Positions 42,607-56,366 of a stretch of DNA of 64,000 nucleotides are shown here, piece after piece. Origin of the DNA: Eledone cirrhosa (lineage: Eukaryota); assembly GCA_964016885.1 (NCBI GenBank), contig OZ024749.1, positions 35,588,001 to 35,652,000 on the forward strand, written 5' to 3'. The translations under genes and the position numbers were made by a program. The notes under the pieces are model-generated. The model was not told the DNA's origin and ran no database searches. It worked only from the letters and a program-made list of their open reading frames with translations. Each line of letters begins with the position of its first letter. Within the stretch, counting starts at the first letter, position 1.

Positions 42607-42946
42607 AGAGAGGCACTGCACCCCAGTAAATTTACTGAAAGGTCGGTGAATGTAGCAAAAATGGCCCGAGTGATTGGGCCTTCTCTGTATATAAACCTGT
42701 AGGTTGAAGAAGAGAGCAAAAGGAAGAAAGGAGCACTTGCACAACATGCTCCTGAAGTTGAGGGTTGTTCTATCTACGGGGTATTAAACAACTCATTTGT
42801 GGCACACACACACCACCCCCCCTATTGGGGATTTTGATTGATAAAATTGTTTGTTTCAATATTTTTACATAATTGTATGTAAAATCACCGGCATCTGTCT
42901 TTGTTTTGTCCCCTTTTCTTGTGCGCCCTTGTGGTTAATAAAGAAA
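42607..42946 (+). mobile_element. L1/Tx1-like LINE 3' end
   Basis: Reverse complement of about 62320-62652. Followed by a TC-rich repeat. Confidence 0.8.
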
Positions 42947-43595
42947 TCTCTCTCCCCCTCTCCCCCCCCCCTCTCTCTCTCTCTCTCCCTCTCTCTCTCT
43001 CTCTATATATATATATATGTATATATATATTTGTGTGTGTATATGTACATATATATGCATAATCATATACTTATTACATTACATACACACTATTTATATG
43101 CAAATCTAAACATTTATGTATATTGCCCGCATCTTTATATTTATGTACATTATAGAAATGAGTGTATATATATATATATATACGTGTGTATGTGATATGC
43201 ATGTGTGTGTTTATGTGTGTTTATGTGTGTTTACGTGAATTCGGCTCTCATGAATGTACTTATCTCTATTTAGTTACTCTTTCGTTACTGTTTTATAACG
43301 ACTTTATATCGAAATAGAAACAGTTTTTTGGGAGAGAACGAGTTAAAATGTTTGTGTTCTTTCAAGAAGCCAAAGTGGTTGTTAATAATATCGACCCAAA
43401 TTGTATATAGCTTGCCTGTAATAAAAACACAACAACAACGTATTAATAATGTTGCCGTTGTTATAGGCGAGTTTAGCTGTATTGATCAATCGATTTCTCA
43501 TCATACATGTCTCACTAGCAAGTGTGAGGCATCATCTTCTGCAGTAGATAACACCAATGGAGATTCCAGGCTTGTAGGAAAAATATTAAAAAGTG

Positions 43596-43604
<9 letters not shown>

Positions 43605-43651
<47 letters not shown>

Positions 43652-43690
43652 TATATATATATATACTATATATATATATACTATATATAC

Positions 43691-43730
<40 letters not shown>

Positions 43731-44290
43731 TATATATATATATACTATATATATACTATATATATATATATACTATATATATATACTATATATATATATA
43801 TATACTATATATATATATATATATACTATATATATATATACTATATATATATATATATATACTATATATATATATACTATATATATATATATATACTATA
43901 TATATATACTATATATATATATATATATACTATATATATATATACTATATACTATATATTTATATACTATATATATATATAATATATATATATACTATAT
44001 ATATATATATACTATATACTATATATATATATACTATATATATATACTCTATATATATATATACTATATATATATATACTATATATATATATATACTATA
44101 TATATATACTCTATATATATATACTATATATATACTATATATATATATATACTATATATATATATACTATATATATATACTATATATATATATATACTAT
44201 ATATATATACTATATATATATATACTATATATATATATATATACTATATATATATATATATATACTATATATATATATATACTATATATA
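43605..44290. repeat. (TA)n array punctuated by single C (tatac-tata)
   Basis: Direct reading. The same pattern occurs at 47820-48140. Confidence 0.95.
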
Positions 44291-44348
44291 CTCTGCTATG
44301 GCATAGAGTGCTAATATTGGTCAGTAAACCTCAAACTTACTGAATCAC

Positions 44349-44405
<57 letters not shown>

Positions 44406-44738
44406 ACTATGTGTGGTGTGTGTACATGTGTGTGTACTTTGTGTTTGTATGTACATATGCGTGTGTGTGTGTGTGTGTACATATATACGCGTGTGAGTAA
44501 ATGTATGTGTATGTCTGTGAGTGTACATATATATGTGTGTATATATATGCACGCGCGTGTGTGCACGTATATATGTGTGCGCGCGTATATATGTGTGTGT
44601 GTGTTGAGACCGGTGAGACGTCTAATCATGGGAGTACTCAATACATGGGGAGATGCAGAGTGGGTATAGAGATAGGTAAAATCCTGTTCACTTGGTGCTG
44701 CAGTTGGGATTTTACCTATCTATCTATCTATCCACCCC

Positions 44739-44839
<101 letters not shown>

Positions 44840-45046
44840 CGTTTCTGAATTTGTTTAGCAAGATTCTTTATCTGAAAACGTGTGTTGAAACCGATATTGT
44901 TATACTTTGGGAGGGTCATGTTGCCAATAAGAAACACACGCACCAGTTGCTTTCACTTCAATTTATTATAATAAATTTATAAATTTAGGAATTTATAAAT
45001 TTCCGGTTGGTTGGTTGGTTCCACAACCAGATGGTTGCTTATATAT

Positions 45047-45090
45047 TGTCAAAGTTCTTTCGTCACACATTCTGCGACCTCTTCAGTGAA
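45047..45090 (-). ncRNA. Type I hammerhead ribozyme (family H3)
   Basis: Minus strand ttca CTGAAGA(45086-45080) ggtcgca-gaatg-tgtgac GAAA gaac TT tgac. Stem I is short. Confidence 0.65.
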
Positions 45091-45189
45091 TGGGGATTCT
45101 TTTCGTTGTTTTTGTGCCTCTCCTTTGTTCTGTCCTACGCCATCTTGTTTCTGTGTGTTATATATATATACATTATTACATTTTTTTTT

Positions 45190-45395
45190 AAATTACATAA
45201 TAAACAACATAATATAATTATTTCATTACCAAAGGTTTCAGGAAACTAGACGATCTTTACAGAAACGTCCAGCTCGTTTATCAGTTATTTAATAGTTAAC
45301 TGATAAATGAGCTGGATGTTTCTGTAAGGAGCATCTAGTTTCCTAAAACCTTTGGTAATGGAATAATTACTTTGTGTTGTTTATTATGTAATTAA
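45190..45395. repeat. ~100-bp-arm imperfect palindrome in a PLE pLTR-like element
   Basis: cattaccaaaggttt...tcagtta mirrored as taactga...aaacctttggtaatg. The tail at 45410-45460 resembles 22760-22810 and the PLE 3' end at 30670-30725. Confidence 0.75.
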
Positions 45396-45519
45396 ATAGC
45401 TCTGTACTATACATAGAGCACTCTTCTTTCCTTTACCTTTCCTATGGAAATACTTACACATATAATTACATGTACATATATCAATCATTACCATCACTGT
45501 TTAATATATATTTTTTTCC

Positions 45520-46025
45520 CCTCATTAGCATGGGTTGGGCAAGCGTCATTTTTTCCAATCTTCGCAGGCCCTCAGCACACAATGCCCAGGCCTCATTACC
45601 ATGCAACATTGTTGTTCATATACATGCATCATACAATCTGCCCTTCATTTTGAGGGAAAAGCCTTTTATATCTAGCAGCAGTAGTAGCTGCCTGAACTTC
45701 TTCCATCACATTCTCACTCTGGCTACTGTATCTTCAGAACACCCCCCCCCCCTCTACTGTTAATTTGGTCACCCAGGTAACAGAAGCTATCTAGTGCTTC
45801 TACAGAAGCTTCCAAGAATTTTATAGCGCTTGTTTCCTGTGGGTGTTTGCTGCTTACTGCTCCTGTGCGATGGCCACATGTAAAACCTACTTTCTTAGCG
45901 AAACTACCTGAAATCCCACTACATCTCATGAGTACTCATAGTTTGCATTTTGGACAGAGAATGGAATTTCTACCAATACATTTCCTACACACTGAGCAAG
46001 GCCATTTCCCCAATTTTAGTAAATC
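45520..46025 (-). mobile_element. RTE RT fragment with a Cys-rich PHD-like insert
   Basis: GKWPCSVCRKCIGRNSILCPKCKL*VLMRCSGISG...FTCGHRTG...DSFCYLGDQI. Confidence 0.85.
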
Positions 46026-46314
46026 CCTAAAAAATTCATCATTAATTGATAAATACAGAGTATTTTATTAGAGATTCTATCGTGAAAGTGTTGAAGAATG
46101 TCTTCACTTATGTGAATTCCTCCCCTAACATCACCAATACACACACCATACACCACTACCACACAAAACCAGCACACCACCACCACATACCATCACCACA
46201 GAGCACCACACACCACCACTACGTAACACCTGCACACACCATCAACACACACCGCCATTAACACACCACCACCACAACCATCACCATCACTATTCAGTAG
46301 CACCACCACCACTA

Positions 46315-46825
46315 TACCACCACTAACATCACTAATACTACCACCAAATATACCACTGATATTACCACTAAATTCTGTCATCTACAACACACCACCACCA
46401 CCACCACCACCACTAACATCACTAATACTACCACCAAATATACCACTGATATTACCACTAAATTCTGTCATCTACAACACACCACCACCACCACCACCAC
46501 CACTAACATCACTAATACTACCACCAAATATACCACTGATATTACCACTAAATTCTGTCATCTACAACACACCACCACCACCACCACTAACATCACTAAT
46601 ACTACCACCAAATATACCACTGATATTACCACTAAATTCTGTCATCTACAACACACCACCACCACCACCACCACCACTAACATCACTAATACTACCACCA
46701 AATATACCACTGATATTACCACTAAATTCTGTCATCTACAACACACCACCACCACCAACACCACCACCTCTAACATCACTACCAAATATACCACTGATAT
46801 TACCACTAAATTCTGTCATCTACAT
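46315..46825. repeat. ~90-bp minisatellite, 5-6 near-identical units with variable (CCA)n
   Basis: ccactaacatcactaatactaccaccaaatataccactgatattaccactaaattctgtcatctacaacac. Confidence 0.95.
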
Positions 46826-47402
46826 GGATGTTGTAGCCCAACCCTTATGTCCTTTCCACCTACCACACAAATCAATATGGCTTACAACTTGAGAATAAAT
46901 CTCTTTGACTTCTGCTATTTCAAAGTCGACACAGTTTTCACTTTATATTTTATTCTCCAGCTTTCATTATAAATCGATTTCGTTTTGACTCTCATTTTAC
47001 TTTTCTATATTTTGTCCTAGTGTTAGCTGTCTGTCTGTGTGTGTGTGTGTGACTGTGTGTGTGTGGATATTGTTTTTATATCTTCCAAATCAGCTCGTCT
47101 TTCGCTAGTAATACATATTGAATATGTCGAATGTTTTAAGGAAGGAAGGAACTCAATATTATTTTATTTGAATAACTTCTCAAGATCTCACTCTCTTGCT
47201 TTTCTTTTTTCCTCCCCCTCTCTCTCTCTATCTCTCTCTCTCCCTCTCTCTATCTATCTATCTCTATCTCTACCTCTCTCTCTTTCTCACACAAATCAAA
47301 TGTTTGATCAAGTCTTACAACAATAAATATGTACTTAAGTTTTGTTTTCCTATTACTTCACCCACACTATATATGTATATATAGATCATATATATATTTA
47401 TA

Positions 47403-47745
47403 TCATCATCATCATCATTTCATTTTACGTCCACTTTTCCCTGCTTGCAAGGGTGGGACGGGAACTGATTCTGGCTTGATTTCTACAGCTGGATGCCCTT
47501 CCTAACACCAACCTCATTTACAGTGAGTGCTGGGTGCTTTTTTGCCGTTGCACCTCCACAACCACTTTACAGTGGAATGATAGGGACCCCAGTCCCTATC
47601 ATCTCATTTCTACAGCTGAGTAAACTGGAGCAATGTGAAATAAAGTGTCTTGCTCAAGGAAACAACACATCACCCGGTCTGAGAATTGAACTCACAACCT
47701 TTCGATTGCAAGGCCAATGCTCTAACCACTAAGCCATGTGCCTCC
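47403..47745 (-). mobile_element. SINE family A, full length
   Basis: Reverse complement of 13472-13822. Confidence 0.92.
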
Positions 47746-47892
47746 ACATATATATTTATATGTATATATATACAGAGATTATATATATTTATATATATAT
47801 TATATATTTATATATGTATATATATACTATATATATGTTTATATATGTATATATATACTATATATATATTTATATATATATATATATATATA

Positions 47893-47963
<71 letters not shown>

Positions 47964-47981
47964 TATATATATATATATATA

Positions 47982-48015
<34 letters not shown>

Positions 48016-48037
48016 TATATATATATATATATATATA

Positions 48038-48132
<95 letters not shown>

Positions 48133-48229
48133 TATATATATATATTATATATATATTTATATATATCTAAAACTTGAACCATTAAGGTATATTCTCCTTG
48201 GTTATCTCAAATATTTCTAAAACATTTTT

Positions 48230-48290
48230 TATTTTATCTGATGATAGTGTACCAAAATTTTGGTACCCTTGAAATATATATAATTGAATA
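48230..48290 (+). ncRNA. Type I hammerhead ribozyme (family H1)
   Basis: tattttat CTGATGA(48238) tagt-gtaccaaaattttggtac-cctt GAAA(48271) tatata TA attgaata. Confidence 0.75.
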
Positions 48291-48456
48291 AATATGGTTT
48301 TATAAATATAGTTTCCATTTATTTAATATCATTGTATATATATATATATATATATATCACCCTCAATAAAATAATATCTCCACTATCCAGGAAGCTCCAA
48401 CTGTTAAGGTTGTCTTTTTTCCAGGTATGTCAATATTTATTTATAAAACAAATCTG

Positions 48457-48522
48457 TATTTTATCTGATGAAAGCGCACCATAATTTGCCTTGGTTGCCC
48501 TTGAAATATATATAATAAAATA
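48457..48522 (+). ncRNA. Type I hammerhead ribozyme (family H1)
   Basis: tattttat CTGATGA(48465) aagcgcacca...tggttgccctt GAAA(48503) tatata TA ataaaata. Confidence 0.85.
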
Positions 48523-48964
48523 AATATGGTTTTATAAATATAGTTTCCATTTATAAATATATTGTATATATATATATATATATTTATACATGTATATTAT
48601 ATATATATATATATTTATACATGTAAATTATATAATATATATATGTATATTATATATATATATTTATATATGTATATATGTATATTATATATATATATAT
48701 TTATATATGTATATTATATATATATTTATATATGTATATATCTATATTATATATATATATATATTTATATATGTATATATCTATATTATATATCTATATA
48801 TTTATGTATGTATATATGTATATTATATATATATCTTTATATATGTATATATATACATATATAATTTTATATGTATATATATATATATATATATAATTTT
48901 ATATGTATATATATATACATATATAATTTTATATGTATATATTTATATATATATATAATTTTAT

Positions 48965-48995
<31 letters not shown>

Positions 48996-49240
48996 CCGTT
49001 TTACGTCCGTTCTTCCACGCTAGCATGGGTTAGACGGGTTGTCCTGTTGTGGGCAGTGTCTGGTCGGCTGACCATGCCTTGCTCATACAGGAACTGATTT
49101 GGCTTGATTTCTACAGCTGGATGCCCTTCCTAACACCAACCTCATTTACAGTGAGTGCTGGGTGCTTTTTCGTGGCGCCTACACGTCCACTTTACAGTGT
49201 GGGCTGGGTGCCTTTTTGCCGTGGCACCTCCACGACCACC

Positions 49241-49285
<45 letters not shown>

Positions 49286-49290
<5 letters not shown>

Positions 49291-49482
49291 AACGAGTAGG
49301 TCCCCGACGGCTGAGCTCAAGCCGTTTCGACGGCTAATTCTGGATGTCCAGAATTAGCCATCGAAACGACTTGAGCTCAGCCGTCGGGGGTCCTACTCGT
49401 TCCTATTACCCACTCTACTACCCTAAGTATTGAGTACTTTGGTGTGTTATGGTCCACCTGGTTCCTTACCACATTTCCTTCG

Positions 49483-49485
<3 letters not shown>
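49286..49485 (+). mobile_element. Family H2 element with a ~58-bp-arm fold-back
   Basis: Arms at about 49286-49344 and 49347-49405. Contains GAAA cgacttgagctcagccg TC. Confidence 0.8.
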
Positions 49486-49516
<31 letters not shown>

Positions 49517-49520
49517 CGAA

Positions 49521-49648
49521 GATCATTGAAGCTCACGGTGGAGATGACGAGGGACCGTGACGAGTGGAGAGATGCTGTGCTGAATAAGACCCGTCCCACC
49601 CTTGCAAGCAGGGAAAAGTGGACGTAAAATGATGATGATGATGATGAT
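49521..49648 (+). mobile_element. RTE LINE extreme 3' end
   Basis: [33 protein letters not shown] followed by (ATG)n. Confidence 0.85.
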
Positions 49649-50192
49649 ATATATATATATTATATATAAAAGACACATTGTATTCAGTGTGTCTCTCTAT
49701 ATTACCACTGAGAAATTATTTATCACATTGTATTAGATTCAAGTGAGAAATGAATTGTATAGGTAGGAGTTCAAAAATACTGTCCTACCTAAAATATGTT
49801 GTTCACTTTTTAAAACAATTTACTACTCAGTCATCAGTAATTCAGATTCAATGATTAAAAACAATTAAAAGACATTAAAAACAATTTCACATATTCATCT
49901 AGTAATTTCATTTAAGTCTTACCAAATGAAAATAACTGGGAATGATAAATGGAAATTAATGACTGTATACTGACAATAAGTTCAAGATATACATAGAAGA
50001 ATGTCTGCATAGTGTGAGGAGCATATCGAGAGATGCACCAGAAGAAATTTTCTGGACTTTCACCAGTAACCCATAATGAAGAATATCTAAACTTGACTTC
50101 GGTATTGAGTACTCATTCTCATGACCATCAATATCACATGGACGTATTCACACATAAAGAACGTGAAAAATAAACAATGCAATACATTACAA

Positions 50193-51110
50193 TACAATGG
50201 CGTATTAGTACAATGGCGTATTAGTACAATGGCGTATTAGTACAATGGCGTATTAGTACAATGCCGTATTAGTATAATGGCGTATTAGTATAATGGCATA
50301 TTAGTATAATGGCGTATTAGTACAATGGCGTATTAGTACAATGGCGTATTAGTACAATGGCGTATTAGTACAATGGCGTATTAGTACAATAGCGTATTAG
50401 TACAATAGCGTATTAGTACAATGGTGTATTAGTACAATGGCGTATTAGTATAATGGTGTATTAGTATAATGGCGTATTAGTATAATGGCGTATTAGTACA
50501 ATGGCGTATTAGTACAATGGCGTATTAGTACAATGGCGTATTAGTACAATGGCGTATTAGTACAATGGTGTATTAGTATAATGGCGTATTAGTACAATGG
50601 CGTATTAGTACAATGGCGTATTAGTACAATGGCGTATTAGTACAATGGCGTATTAGTACAATGGTGTATTAGTATAATGGCGTATTAGTACAATGGCGTA
50701 TTAGTACAATGGTGTATTAGTATAATGGCGTATTAGTATAATGGCGTATTAGTACAATGGTGTATTAGTACAATGGCGTATTAGTATAATGGCGTATTAG
50801 TACAATGGCGTATTAGTACAATGGCGTATTAGTACAATGGTGTATTAGTATAATGGCGTATTAGTATAATGGCGTATTAGTATAATGGCGTATTAGTACA
50901 ATGGCGTATTAGTACAATGGTGTATTAGTACAATGGCATATTAGTACAATGGCGTATTAGTACAATGGCGTATTAGTACAATGGCGTATTAGTACAATGG
51001 CGTATTAGTACAATGGCGTATTAGTACAATGGCGTATTAGTACAATGGTGTATTAGTACAATGGCGTATTAGTACAATGGCGTATTAGTACAATGGCGTA
51101 TTAGTATAAC
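50193..51110. repeat. 16-bp minisatellite caatggcgtattagta, ~57 units
   Basis: Direct reading. Variants are almost all C>T or G>A. Confidence 0.97.
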
Positions 51111-51133
51111 ACATGGAAGAAGTTAAAAATAAA

Positions 51134-51170
51134 TCTTAACATTTCAGACATTAGTCCTTCATCAGAAGCT
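51134..51170 (-). ncRNA. Minimal hammerhead motif
   Basis: Minus strand ctt CTGATGA aggactaatgtct GAAA tg TT aag. A truncated relative lies at 10047-10076 (-). Confidence 0.6.
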
Positions 51171-51335
51171 GTAGGTTTGTAAGTATCTGTGCATACATGC
51201 ATGCAATAACTCAGAATGTAAAATATAAAAATACAAAGATATCTAAACTATAATAGAGTAAGAAGTGCAGGACTGCGTCCAGTATATAATTTTTGATCCC
51301 ATTTGTAAAATAAGTTGGATTACTTTGAATAAATA

Positions 51336-51552
51336 ATTGTATCTACTTTTTGGCACAAGGCCACCAATTACCCAGCACATTACTGGTACTTTATTTTATC
51401 GACCCCGTAAGGATGAAAGTTACTTTGAATAAATAATTGTTTCTACTTTAGGCACAGGGCCAGCAATTACCCAGTGCATTACTGGTACTTTATTTTATCG
51501 ACCCCGTAAGGATGAAAGGCAAAGTCAACCTCGGCGGGATTTGAACTCAGAT
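51336..51552 (-). mobile_element. Two truncated SINE B copies with a triplicated target gttactttgaataaataat
   Basis: The target motif occurs near 51320, 51419 and 51564. Confidence 0.85.
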
Positions 51553-53655
51553 AATAAGGGGACGTTACTTTGAATAAATAATGAATGAATATTACATAAT
51601 TTATCTACTAAATTTCGTTATTCTTAAATATAAATAATTTTGTTGCTTATTTTAAGATTAACTTATTTAAAATTTTCAAATGTCAACACTTCCGGTTAGT
51701 GATCACTTAAATAAACATTCATATATTTCCGTCACTAATTTTCTCTTAATGCAGTTTATATATAATATCGTCTTTTTTAAATGTATCATGGATTACGTTA
51801 CTGATTACATAAGACAATGTAACACAGTCTTTGTTCAATTTCTGTGTATATTGTCAATTACAATTTTATTTGATGTATCATATCTACATGTATATATACT
51901 TGCATATAATATCAATATACACACTACACATGCTAGCAGAAAACCAAGGCCAGCAATGTTTGGGGTAGGGGAAAGTCGATTAAATCGACCCAGTGCATTA
52001 CTGGTGCTATATTTATTGACCCCATGAGGATGAAAGGCAAATTTAACATTGGCAGGATTTGAACTTAGAACATAAAGGGCTGTAACTTTTTTTTATATAA
52101 TAAGGATAGTAATAATTCTGGCACAAGGTCAGCAATTTGGGGCAAGGGATAAGACCCTAGTAGTTGACAGGTACTTTTTTTTATTGACCATGGAAGGATG
52201 ACAGGCAAAGTTTAACTCAAAATGTAAAGAGCCAAAAGGAATACTTCTAAGCATTTTGTATGATACTCTAACAAGTCTGCCGATCCACCAGCTTCAGTAA
52301 CAATATTAATGATATCTAACTTTGGCTCGTGATTACAAATTTCACAGAACATTTGATTAAATCAAAGCCCAGTACTTGATTGATATTTTATTTTATTGAG
52401 CAGGATGGATGAAAGGAAAAATTATTAAGTGATGATTAAATACAAGTAATATATTACCAAGGTAGATGATGACATTCAAAATAACAGATTGAGGGATATT
52501 TCTGCAGAGATGTTGTGGAGGGATAGGGTATAGATATGAATATTATATATATATATTGTTTGGTTGATGCAACATGCTTATAAAATGGACAATTGCTTTG
52601 GACTAAAGCAAGTGAGATAAATATTTAAATATGCATGATAATTATATGTGTAACTTGTATAACAGGTTTATTTCTATCTCTTGGGCCCAAAAACCTGCAT
52701 ACAAACATACATGCATATATATATAAAAGTATATAGAGAGAGAGCAGTGTAGTTAATATGAAGCATTGTGAGATAGTAAAAGACTTTTAAAATTATCAAT
52801 TTTCAAAAAGGCGGTACAATGCGGTAGAAAAATAAAAAAGGGCAAATGATGACAAATAAAATAAAACAAAGTAATATTTTATCCAGTGTATTTTAGCATG
52901 ATATATGTATGTGTGTGTGTGTGGCTTAGTGGATAGGCTGTTTGGCTCATGAATGTAAGAGCATCAGTTCAATTCCTGGTCGTGCTTTGCGTCCTTGAGC
53001 AAGATTGTACTTTGTCATTTCTGTTTGCCTTTTGCATATATATATATCATCATCATCATCTATATATATATATATGCTGGTAGACCCATGTCATTAATGA
53101 TGACGGCAATAACATTGGATGTATTTAATTTTTAGAATTTAGGATTGGTATGTCATATATACTAGCATATATACTAGGATTGTTGGATATATGAACAATC
53201 TTATGAACTGGTAAATTTATGTTTTGATAGATTAATTGCATGTACAAGAGAAACCCTATAGTTTATATTGATTACATGTAAATTATTAAAGATAAGAATG
53301 ATATCTTAATAATTACATAAATGTTTCGCTTTTGTTGAAGCTTATCAAGGCCAACTACCCCGCCTGTCTACTGAGATCAATGATGAAAGCGAAACATGTC
53401 ATGTCGGCTTATTTCCCCTCTTTGCTGAGATCAAAGTGAGTGAATTTGTCACTACTTTAAAACAATAGCTTACGGTCTTCAAAATGCTTTTAATTAAGCA
53501 TAAAGTGTATTGCAAAATACATTATATATACATCCATATATATATTGCTATTTCAGAGCTCCAATTCTAATTTTTAATTTCTGCCTGACCAACAACCGCT
53601 CTGCATAATCAGCTCCTGATTATTTACTAGATTTCTATAAGAATATAACATCATT

Positions 53656-53748
53656 GATCTCAGTAGACAGGCGGGGTAGTTGGCCTTGATAAGCTTCAAC
53701 AAAAGCGAAACATGTTATGTCGGCTTATCTCCCCTGTTTGCTGAGATC
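53656..53748 (+). ncRNA. Hammerhead ribozyme, U3:A8 core variant with a long stem I
   Basis: gatctcagtagacagg-cggggtagttggcc TTGATAA(53686) gctt-caacaa-aagc GAAA(53707) catgttatg TC ggcttatctcc-cctgtttgctgagatc. Confidence 0.85.
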
Positions 53749-53963
53749 AAAGTGAGTGAATTTGTCACTAATTACATAAATGTATGAATGACACAGGACT
53801 AAATGTATGAATAACTGTGGAGAAATAACTATTTACAGGAACAAATGTAGAGTTAGAACCCATGACCTTGTGACTGGAAAACGAACTTGTAGCAGCATCT
53901 CTGAGATAAGAAATACATTGTGTGTATGCTTAAGTGTGTAAGTGTTCAGAGTTACAGACACAT

Positions 53964-53997
<34 letters not shown>

Positions 53998-54839
53998 GAA
54001 AATAGAGAAATTAATGTGAGCAAGAAGCCAACAGTATTTCATAATATATAAGTGACTATAACGTCAAAATGGAAAATATTCAAACTCAATTAAAAAAAAA
54101 GTCAATTTTATCCACAGATTTTGTGAAATCCAGGGAAAACATCAATAGAGTCTTAACTCAGAATAAAATAAAGTTTAAATACTCATCCTATATAAAAAAG
54201 AAATGAATACAAAGGAGTATATACCGTTAAAACATGTTTATATAAACATTGTTATATAAATATGTTTTAACGGTTTATACTCCTTTGTATTCATTTCTTT
54301 TGTAACCGATCTGCTTATTTTCTCGCCCACTAAATATTAACGCTTCTAATATTTAATCTTGTAGGCACAAGTATTGAGCACATTTGCACAAACTATTGGC
54401 AACTAAATATATGTATTGCTTATCTTTCCTTTTTTCTCTGTCTTGATACTTAAACATTCTCTCTCTCTCTCTCTATGTATATATATATATATATATTAAG
54501 CTCTGCCGTCGGGGTCCTGAACCTTTTCCTATTACCTACTCTACTACCCAAAGTATTGAGTACTCTGGTCCGTTATGGTCCACCTGGTTCTTTACCACAC
54601 TTCCTTCATTATATATATATATATATACACACACAAATGCACATGGCATATTATTATGGTTGATATACTTGTAGACAGATAGATAGATAGATAGACATAT
54701 ACTTAGTCAGACAGACAGACAGACATTTGGGGAAACAGGAGCTGAACTAGTCACTTGTATTGTCAGTCAGGTAATACAGGATGGATCATACTTAATGACT
54801 GGCACAGCAGTATGCTCATTAATTGCTACTAGAGAAAAG

Positions 54840-55280
54840 GTGAGGCTCTGGAAAGGAGCATTTAGAGAGACATAAAACTAAGGCTATGTGAAGACTAAAG
54901 AGAAATAAAGTGAACATGCTTTGATCTATGTGCAATGTTAATGTTCATGAACAATAAAGTATGGTTGAAATGAGAGATAAACTGGGTATAAGAAGAATCA
55001 GATGTAGTGTGCAAGAGAGAAAACTGCACTTGTGTGGAGGTGTGATGCGTATGGATGATGATTATTGTGTGAAGAAGTGCCAAGAAATCTCAGCTGAAAG
55101 AAGCTGCGGTAGAGGAAGACTAAAGAAAACCTGGGCAGGGGTTGTGTGAGCTGATCTGAAATCATTGTAGATCATAGGAGAGATGATGATGGAATGTAAC
55201 AAGTACAGCGAAACTGTGTTGAAAAAGACATGTCCGACCCATGCAAACATGGAAAGGTAGATGCAAAATGAGGATGATGA
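54840..55280 (+). mobile_element. RTE LINE 3' fragment, degenerate
   Basis: MRDKLGIRRIRCSVQERKLHLCGGVMRMDDDYCVKKC...GRGRLKKTW. Confidence 0.85.
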
Positions 55281-55422
55281 TATATATATATATAGACAGA
55301 TAAACAGACAGATAAACAGATAGATATCTAGGCAGGCAGGCAGGCAGGCAGGCAGAGAAAACAGATAGATAGACAGATCGATACTCACATAGATAGACAG
55401 AAAGATAGATAGTCAGATAGAC

Positions 55423-55455
<33 letters not shown>

Positions 55456-55471
55456 CATAGATAGATAGATA

Positions 55472-55807
55472 TGTTTCTTTATTAGCCACAGGGGCACAAA
55501 AGAAGGGGTTAAATACAAAGAGGGAAGTTTACATACAATAAAAACGTGTAAAATATTATCACAAATGCAATTTAAAAATTAATCGATTTACCCCAATAGG
55601 GGGAGACATTACATATGGGTAACACATACCCCCGAAAAAATGTGCAACCCTCATCTCCAGGAGTACGAAGAGTGAGTACCCCTTTCCTCTCTTCCTCTTT
55701 TTCCTCAACCTACAGGCTCATATAGAGAGAAGGCCCATTCTCGCCACTTTCACCCACCTTTCATCAAACTTGCTGGGGTACAGCATCTCTCTCTCCATCC
55801 TGATTCT
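55472..55807 (-). mobile_element. L1/Tx1-like LINE 3' end inside (GATA)n
   Basis: Homologous to 62998-63345. (GATA)n lies on both sides. Confidence 0.8.
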
Positions 55808-55863
<56 letters not shown>

Positions 55864-56291
55864 CAGGTACTCAAATAGATAAACAGATAAACAGATAGAT
55901 GAATGGATTGATTGATGGATGGATGGGTGAATGGCTAGATAGATAGAATGATTGATAGGCTGTGTAATCCTGTTATTCAATGTAATACAATACAACAAAC
56001 AGTGCATTATATATGAAAGTATATGGAGGAATTATGTTTTACTGAGAACATTAATATAATATTAATGCATAATACATCTACTTTAACTACAACTAAGGCC
56101 AATTATCGATATTTCCAGAAGCTTCTGCAAGAGTTTTCACCCCAAATTCTTAGATAAAGTTTCCCCCATGCCATTTATCAACACAATGTGCTACTAAGTA
56201 GCTCTGTTCACTTTTCCTTCCATTTTAAAACTCATCTTTAAATATATTTATAGATTTTATTGATATTTGCTAGTCTGAACAATCTGATGGC

Positions 56292-56366
<75 letters not shown>

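Noticed and set aside
50193-51110. Regular short repeats resembling a CRISPR array (also 6635-7125 and 46315-46825)
   Set aside because: Head-to-tail units with no unique spacers and no cas genes, in a eukaryotic context.
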